Assembly (NCBI GenBank): GCA_021613535.1
Contig: CP075493.1
Coordinates: 7,006,001-7,070,000, forward strand
Direction: 5' to 3'
Length of the DNA: 64,000 nt
From: Adineta vaga
Taxonomy: Eukaryota; Animalia; Rotifera
Below the pieces are notes generated by a model. The model was not told the DNA's origin, did not search any database, and saw only the letters and a program-made list of their open reading frames with translations. A program made the translations under genes and the position numbers. Positions 54,973 to 64,000 of the stretch are shown here, in pieces. Position 1 is the stretch's first letter. The number at the start of each line of letters is the position of its first letter.

Positions 54973-55299
54973 GTAAAAATTCTTTTCTTCCGACTTGATT
55001 ATTGAATAAGTTGAAAAAAATCTTTTCATTTCGAAAGAAAACTTTTTAAAGAAAATTTCCAAGATAAAATTATATTCACCAATAAGATTCTATTTGAGTA
55101 ATCCTCAGTTGTGAACAAAAAAATTCTGTCTCATCAATTCACGTAACAGAGGGAGCTAGGCATATTTATTTTAGAAATATCAAATATTGTGTCCAAGAGG
55201 AAACCGTCGTGGCTGCCTATTCTCGTTTCCTTGGATATTAAATTGAACGTTAGAAAAACTAAAATCGAATATTTTAGATAAGAAAACAAATAAATATTC

Positions 55300-58200
55300 A
55301 TGCAGAAAAATCATCAACATCTCCTTCGGCCTTGTGCCGTTTTTGTTGAACGATTAAACAATTCATTTATTCCAACGAAACGTTACAAAGTCGATGCTGA
55401 TATTATCTATCGTCCAGTCAACGATCAAACAACCAATCCACATGATGAATTATCTGTTGATGTATTAATGTTACCAAATAATAAAGTCAAAATTTCTTCA
55501 TCATCAACATTTGAAGATTTACCTACGAATCAAACGAGTACAAATGATGATACAAAACCAATTGTACGTATACGTCCACATCAATCATCAATTGACTCTA
55601 TGGATTATGAAATGCCACCACCACCATCATCAGCAGCAGCAACAGCAAATACAACAAAACGAAATAGTTCTCAAGCTACAACATCACGTTCATCGAATAA
55701 ATACGATAATGATTCTTATTTATTTAATGGAACATTTGATTCCGATGATGAACTTGGAATGGATTTAAATGATGATGAATTAGCATCCATACATCGTGTT
55801 TTAGATTTTGATGAAGATGAAATGTCCAATTTTGATGAAGAAAGTCCTCATCTATCATCAACAAATGGTCCTGGATATCATCCTGCTCAATTACCTGACT
55901 TAGTTATGGGTTCTTTACGAGCTGATAGTGATGTGAAATTTGAACCTTCATTTCAATATAGTGATTTATTTAATCGTAAAGGGCGTACATTTGTATGTGA
56001 TGAACGTGGTAATCGTGTTGTTTCAGTAAAACTTGATAAAAATTCTGCGAAACATTTAATTGATGCCATCGATAGAAATTCAGGAAGATTAGTACTTGAA
56101 GAATGTCGTCGAGGTGATTTACAAGCACATATTTTAAAAGTAAAGAATTACTTTTCTTTTAAATGTTAATTCAAATATGTTTGTTTTGTGTTGCAGGTTG
56201 TTTTTAAAGATGAACAAGAATTTTTTGATTTTAATCGTTCAGCAATTGTATCAAAACATTCATTTAAACAATGTCCTGAAATGTATACAAAATTTCTTGA
56301 AAGTTTATTTGAATCACAATCATATCCAAATGAGAATGAAAATGATCCACTTGGAACTGATGTAAGTAACCGTCAAAAAGGGTTTTGTTTTTTTCTTCTA
56401 AATGAAATTTCGTTTTTTTCCTCAAAGGAAGCAGATCAAATGAGTCATTCATATTGTTGTAAAGTACATGAATGTGGTGAAGCGTTTACATCAAGATCTG
56501 AAGCATTGAAACATGCAAAAAAACATGCTGGTAAAGAATTCTTTTAATTTATCTTCTTATCTGTTTTTTTTTTCATTTTTTGAAAATTTAGAACTTGATC
56601 CATTTGATTTTGTTTGTGACCATTGCGGAAAAAAATTTCTCGGTATTGCTAATATGAAACGACATTTACGTGTTCATATGGGTAGTGAAGGAAAAGATTT
56701 TGCTTGTCCTCTATGTCATTATCGTGGTTGTACGACTACACATGTTAAACGTCATATGGCACATAAACATTTAGAAAAGTAAGACAAATCAATTGATTAC
56801 AAAGATAATTGAATGATTTGATTTATCATATAGATCAATTCCATGTCCTTATTGTTCATTCATGGCCGCAACAAATGCTGACCTTAAAATTCATATGGCT
56901 CGTCGACATTGGGATATTGAAGGACTTGACATATTAAATAATCTACCGAAAACATATAAGAAAGAATGGAAATGTAATAAATGTGATACTGTTTTTCATG
57001 ATTATTCCGTAAGATATTCTTCTATTATCAGTTACATGATCTACAATTCGATTTCTTCAATAGGATTTTCAAAATCATATCTATAGTCATTCAAGTCAAA
57101 CAAATAAATTTCAATGTAATTTATGTCCATACAATTGTAAAAGTTTTTCAAAATTAAAAGTAAAAGAAATGATTTGATTTACTTTCGAATTTATGAAAAT
57201 ATTCGTCTCATTTTAGCGGCATATGCTCTATCATCAAGGACAACGAAATTATGAATGTCCAAAATGTAATAATAAATTTTATCAAATGGAACATCTTAAA
57301 CGTCATTTAACATCAATACATAAATTAAATATTCCACAAATTGGACGAGGAAATCGTTTATTTGGATCGGATCTTTTAAAACGAGTAAGGAGAATTTCTT
57401 TTTTCAGCAATACATTCTGCAGTAATTAATGAGTGACATAAAATCTAGAATAGAATATATATTATCTACTATTTAATTATAGTAATAATAAGAATAGACA
57501 AGTCAAATAGTTCATTATGTTCTTACAAAAGTCGTTTCAATTTATTTCTCAAAAATTTATCAATAGAAAATCTTGTAGATTTCTTCCGTAAAAAGAAAAT
57601 CAATTTTATTCTAATTCTAGAATTCTGATATGCCTAATATTCCACCACCACATGGCACAGTTCCACAATGTTATAAAGTCATTTCAAAATGTGTTTTTAC
57701 CTGTCAAAAATGTCCATTTTCAACAACGAAATTATATCATTTAAATGAACATGTGAAAAGTGAACATTTACAATTAGATGATTCAGCACATGTATGTACT
57801 TTCTGTTCATATATAACAGATAAGAAAACAAATCTAAAGGTATGAAAATGAAAAATGAAAAGGACATTGAACAAGAGGTTATTTTGTTTTGTTTTCAGCG
57901 ACATTTACATCATAATCATGCTGGACAATCGAATACACCTGTTCTTTTATCGAATGATGCACTTCTTTCAAATCCAAATACAAAGTAAATTCACTACTGA
58001 GAAGAATCTTTTTATCTGATGTTTTAAATTAAAATCTTACTCTTAGATTTCAATGTGGACTTTGTCGTCGATATCAAAGTAATGTTGATGAATTTATCAA
58101 ACATATTACTGAAAAACATCGAATGGATGTAAGTCATATTTTTTGTTTTTAATGAAATAATACCTTCTCTTTCTAGGTTGTTATTCTTGATTCTGCAAAT

Positions 58201-58580
58201 AATGGAAATATTCATCAACAAATCAAATCACGCGGTCGTGCAGAGGTTTGTTCTACATTGTAAAATTATTATAGAAAAAAAAACAACTCTTCACATTTGT
58301 CATTTCTCGTTTAAATATTACTAATGATTAAAAATAAGAACTTTCTCTGAGGATATTCGCATTTTAACTAAATAGAATTAATCATAATTTTCTTTTCTAG
58401 TTAATTTGTGCCAGTAATAATACAACACCATTTCGATTCGATGAATACGGTGGTCTTGTCACTGTAATGAAAAATCCCGGAAACACGAATGACCTAAATA
58501 TGAATCAAACGATAATTAATGATCCATCAAATTCAATATCGACAGCTAATTCAACGACAGACTTTTTACTTCCGCAATAA
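55300..58580 (+). CDS. Multi-C2H2 zinc-finger protein
   Basis: Repeated CxxC-x12-HxxxH fingers across short exons, e.g. FVCDHCGKKF..HLRVH and YECPKCNNKFYQMEHLKRHLTSIH. Confidence 0.85.
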
Positions 58581-59871
58581 CTGTGTGTGCGTGTGTGTTT
58601 GTGTGTTTTGTTTTCTTTTTTTGCATGAATATATATTCATTTGTCTTATATATATATATATTAACTAGGTGTATACTTGTTGTTATTGTTTCTGTGTTCT
58701 ATTCGTTCCAACAAGCAGTCCTCATAGGATTGTACTTGCATGTTTAGAGAAAATAGGAAAAAAACTGTTTCTTCCCTCTTTTTTCTCTTAGTTTCATTGT
58801 CGAAAACACGTTCTCTTTTTCTTTTCTTTTCTTTTTTTTTTGTTGGAAACGATTGTATTTTCTGTTCTCTCACGTCAGCATTGGTAATCAGTGTTGAACG
58901 TCGAAGAAACAAATTGGTTAATAAAGAAAGAAAAAGTTAGATTTATTGAAATAAGTGGATCTATATCGATTTACAATCTCGTTATTGAATTCTCCAGCGT
59001 AGGTGTAATTTATCCTCAACAATTTTGATCGAGAAAAGATATTGTAGACAACAGATAATATATCAAAGCTAGTTTAATTTCACTAGAATAATTGAGAATT
59101 TCTATAAACAAGACTCTTTTGACACAAAAGGTTTAGACTATGATTAACCGATCCGTGTACTTGTCAGATCTAGTCGAACAACAAAATGATTCCATCAATG
59201 TAGACAATGACACATAGCGTTTCTGTCTACTTGTGAGTATTTCTATTGAAATATAAGCGTGTAAACAAATTAATTATATTTTTTACTTAATAATTATTAC
59301 ACCGTTTTTCGCACTTTATCATTATTACTAGTATAGAATATGAAAATAATACATAAACAATTTTCTAATGAGAAATGTGATCGTCAGAAGCTTTCTTTCT
59401 TGGATATATAAATCTCCAAGCTTAGATAAAATTCTCTTGTTATTCATATATGTAGTAAATTAATAAATATTTTGTCCTTTAACATTTTTTTTATGAAATT
59501 TGTCGTTTTTTGGAAGAAAACATATTGCTCGATAATCTTATTTCCTCAATTTTATAAGATTAGATTCATGTCTATGAAAACTAAGCACGAACTAATATTG
59601 TTCGTGACAACGAGAAAAGTCGAAGATTGTCTTTTTCTATTCAGCTATCGTGTACTGTTCTTCTCATTAGATTATTTTTTGTCCTAAGGAGTAAAAGCGA
59701 ATAGGACTTTTATTGAAATATACATCTGCCCTAGGCGGTTTATAGGGTGAAAATATTTCCCGTTTCTTTTATATATATATATATATATATCAGATTGTAA
59801 GTTCTTCCTCATTTATTTCTTAGAATGATCAACTGATTGAACTTCACATTTTTTCAAGAATTGAACACGTC

Positions 59872-61766
59872 ATGTCAGCCACTTTACTTGATATTTTATG
59901 GTTTATAGTTTTTATGATTTTTATATTGATTGCTTTAATTGCAAATATGATTATTATTTTGGCTATACTAAAAGATCGTTCAATGCATACATCAACATAT
60001 TTCTATATTATTAATGTAGATATTGCAGATATTATTTTAATACTTAGTTGTTTACCCGAACGTATAGCAGCATTATTTCGTCCCAATGATGGTTTTCCCT
60101 TGGGAATGATTGCATGTAAGTTAAACAGATGTACTCGAAGATTGTAATAATTGTTTTTATTCTTATATATCTGTCAATATTGAGTTATGTTTAACAGTTC
60201 ATTAGATGTAATTAAGTGGGAACTACAGATGTCAATTAAAGAAAGGTCATATGACATTTCAATTGGCTCGTATGATCATAGATTCTTTGCTTTTTCCCTG
60301 GATATGAAAAACTTTTAAATAGTATTTGATTTGTAACTAAATAGATTTAAAAAAAACAAATTCTGACAGATTTCAGGATTAGATACGCCCTAAGTAACGA
60401 CGTAGCTTATAACTCTAATATAAATATCAAATAAACTAATGAAGTACTTGGAAATGACATAGGTTTTTTAAAATATTATTTAAAAATAACTCGCTGATAA
60501 ATATAATGACGTCAATCTTTCTCAAAATAGATCTCTCCGTATTATACGCATCTTAGTTTTTCTAATTCTTGATATTTCTTAATTAATTATTAATGTTTTG
60601 TTTTTAATTCAGGCTATCTTGTACCATTCATCCAACAAGTATCTATGCAGGCAGCACTTGGATTTTTACTAATCTTAACAGTTCATCGTTGTTATCCAGC
60701 TGGTGTTCCAAGTTGTTTACAAGGTAATCTTATTCGAAAACAAATTCGTAATTATTCACTAACATTATGTCTCATATGGATTTTTGCTATTGTAATTAAT
60801 TTGCCATTATTTTCAATTACTAAATATGAAATTCAATCAATAGTTATGCAAGATAATCAAAGTAATATAACTGAAAAATTCAATGTACCAGCCTGTGATA
60901 CTGAAGCGAAAGAACTTTGGTCACGTGCTTATTTAATTCTATTATTAGTTTTTACATATTTCATAACAGGCATTTTTCTTATTGTTATTTATGGACAAGT
61001 TATTCGAATAATGCTGATTACAAATAGATATACAAAAAAATTGGATGAAGAAAAATATCGTCACCATAATCGAAAAGAATATCATTTTCTTCCACAAAAT
61101 TTATTGCATCAAAATGGATTTCGAGAAACGTTCACACGAGAATCAAAATCAACATCATCAGCGGCAACAATAACGTTAAATCGATCTAAAAAACGGCATT
61201 CTTCGGACTCACCTGTAGTTTCACCTATGTTACCATTAGAAACAGATCGATGTTCAACAAATTCTCATTCAATTCAACGTCTTCAAGTTATTATTATGCT
61301 TTTTATTGTCATTTTACTCTATATTCTTTTACTTTTACCGTATCGATTATTAAATCTACTTTTTATTGTTTATAATCAATTATTTCAACAAAATTTCATG
61401 AATGAAATCTTATTACATTGGTTATTGAATATTGTTCGTTTACTTGTTTTTCTTAATTGTGCTCTACAACCAATTATTTATCTAATTATATCATCAAAAT
61501 TACGGCAGACTGTCATTAAATTTCTTCATTCATGCTGTTATAAATATCATTGTCAATGGGAATGTTCATGTTCATGTAAACCTAAGTCACAACTAATGCA
61601 ACAATATCAAAGAAAACAAGTCATCTATCGAGGTCCTCATCCATTTCCGGCAGCAAATTATGCTTATATGAATGTTCATCATCCGTTATCATTATTACGA
61701 TCACCATTACCTCCGAATAATCTTGTAAATAAAGTCTTACCTCCTAAAACTATATCACATCGTTAA
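59872..61766 (+). CDS. Rhodopsin-family (peptide-receptor-like) GPCR, 2 exons
   Basis: Seven hydrophobic segments; TM1 N, MHTSTYFYIINVDIADI, W..P in TM4, LP in TM6, NC..QPIIY..SSKLR; intron 60116-60612. Confidence 0.85.
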
Positions 61767-62605
61767 TAAAGATCTTTTGATTAATTTGATATAGTTTTTT
61801 TTAATGTAAAAATATTGTTTAATATGCTTGAAGAATGTTACTCTAATCTGCAGTCTTTAATTCATATTAGATATCTTCCTTTGTATTACTATAGAGATAT
61901 GATATATGATGGAAAAGCATAAATTAGTGAATAACACTTGAAAAATTGTTTAATTCATTCGATTCCAAATATGATATGATCATCCGAAATTTGTCCGACT
62001 TTTATTTCGAAAGATTATGTCGCTTAGCAACCATACGCTGAACTATACTCTAAATGAGTTTTACTTTTAATTTCTAAATTTCTTCACAATAATTTTCTTC
62101 AAGGAACCAAATATTTCATAGATCATATGTTATATTCATGAAAATTATAGATGTCACTTTTGCACATTTGTGCACTATATATCGCCATTGTTTCCCGTTT
62201 GTAGTCCTTCACTTATTCATTCATCTCCTATGTCTGTACTAGAATACTAAATATCGATGGAATTCATTTAAATTAGACATAGTTGTAATTATGAAATTCT
62301 TTTTTTTACCTTTATAAATTACGAATCATTTTGAATTTACGCAAGATAAGATATTCTTCGTCTTTATTTTGTATTTAAGTAGCATTTTTTTTGTTTCTAG
62401 ATTTCTCTCTGTCCTTAATCGTCGACCGACAGAAGATTTTTCATAATTATTGTAGACATAAAACTTATTCTTCTTTCTTTCTATTACGATTTCTGATCAA
62501 TCAGCTTTTATTTAGTCGTCTTGGTGTACGATTAGTCACATTCTGTGCGTCATTTCTTTATTTTCGCATGATCGCTACATCAATATTATTCGTTAATTTA
62601 TCGTC

Positions 62606-64000
62606 ATGTCTGTTCCGAGTAAATCTATTGATAAAAATAAACGTTATGCTGGTGTCAAAACAAATGATTTCGTAAACAAAGCACGAACAAACGAAGCGAG
62701 TCGAGCACCTGGTAAGTGACAAATTTTCTTAACTAGAAAATGAATTTCATACTTTATTCTCTAATAAATATGTTTTTCTTCTCTCATGCTAGCTCGTACT
62801 CAAGGATGGGCGAACCTCGGAAAAATCAATAGTCGACGAATACCGCCACCGGCTAATGTTCCAAGTTTAAAAAGTGAAACTAATGCCAGTACATCATCAT
62901 TCGATCCAACAATGCCAACGAGTACTAGTCATGGATGGACAGCAAGTGGAAATCAGACAGCAACCAATCTCGCTAATAATCAAGCACGTCCATTAACACC
63001 ATCGAAACAGCCAACACAACAGCAACTTGATTCTTTACCAGCTAGTGCATCTACGCCACCACCATATTCACAGCAACCATCATCTTTACTTTCATCAGAT
63101 CTAGATAAACATCGTGGACAAGCAAGTTGGAGTACAGTAACAGCTGGTCAAACTAATGATCATCCACCAAATTTACTTGGTTTAAATGATTTCCCACGTT
63201 TAGTTACACAAGATAATAAAAGTACAAAATCACCATCAGATTCATTAATTAGTTCGATATCGTCGACAACAGCACAAGGACCAAGTTTTCGACCAGCAAA
63301 TCTAGCATCCTGGAAGGAAGGCGGTGGTCGTCTTCAACCAATGTCATCTGATCTAGTGAAAGACTCCAATGAAAATAATAATAATTCTAATCTATCAAGT
63401 TTATCTATGCAATCACAAATCTTACCAACTAATACGAATTCTAATCTACTTCAATCACAAATGTCAAATGCAAATAATTCATCATATATGCGAATGTATC
63501 CACAACAACAACAACAGCAGCAGCAACAACAACAACAACAAATGGTAAGATTTAATTATTTAACAATTATTTTTATTTTCAAAATTTATTCTCGTTCTTT
63601 TTCTCTTCTAGTGGTCATATAATACAGGTAATTCCTATAGTTCATATGGAACAAATCAAGCGCCTGCATCCATACCGATACATCAATTACACCATCAACA
63701 ACGTTCATCCTCGTACGGTAATAATAATCAATCATCTCAACATCAACGTTTAAATACGTCTACGGACTATAAAACTCCAACAATTCTACGAAACAAAGAT
63801 ATTGATGATCTATCGAAAATTACAGCAAATGTTACATGGGCCAGTGCATCTCAGGAAGTTAATTATGAAGAAAAAATTCGCTTTAGTGATGATGAAGATA
63901 ATGATATTAATGATACGAATACTACAAAATCTCGTCGATATGGTAATAATAATTCACAACAACAATTCCGACAAACATATCCTCATGTTTTACAAAATAA
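62606..64000 (+). CDS. PRRC2: PRRC2/BAT2-like protein, 5' part (runs off window end)
   Basis: BAT2_N LGKINSRRIPPPANVPSLKSE; DFPRL; GPSFRPANLASWKEGGGR; WASASQEVNYEEKIRFSDDED. Confidence 0.88.

Noticed and set aside
1-64000. Prokaryotic systems (CRISPR, defence islands, IS elements)
   Set aside because: Sequence is intron-containing animal DNA; no repeat-spacer arrays or transposase ORFs seen.

Overview
AT-rich, gene-dense eukaryotic (animal) DNA with about 28 spliced protein-coding genes and mostly 50-70 nt GT-AG introns. Composition, intron size and gene content suggest a bdelloid rotifer (inference only). Recognisable genes are MDH1 (partial), TM2D3, an NHL-repeat protein, CEP97, WBP4, importin-alpha, WASHC3, POP4, a TruA-family Psi synthase, CPEB, AIFM3-like, Pumilio, two tandem vWA proteins, RSF1, a fungal-type PLD, DBR1, ZCCHC9, SRPRB, LSM14, POLR3E, LAMTOR2, a Pro-rich orphan, UFD1, a C2H2 zinc-finger protein, a rhodopsin-family GPCR and PRRC2 (partial). 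No rRNA, intact tRNA, CRISPR or transposase was seen. The main unexplained structures are: (1) every intron >110 nt I examined contains inverted repeats, suggesting fold-back introns; (2) co-directional genes 65-270 bp apart with unpaired splice acceptors at the ATG, suggesting SL-trans-spliced operons; (3) a recurrent YAGATGKCR motif upstream of transcription units; (4) tandem prenylated vWA proteins with PSAP/PPxY late-domain motifs; (5) frameshifts in the PLD and SRPRB genes. Exon boundaries were read by eye and may be off by a few nt.
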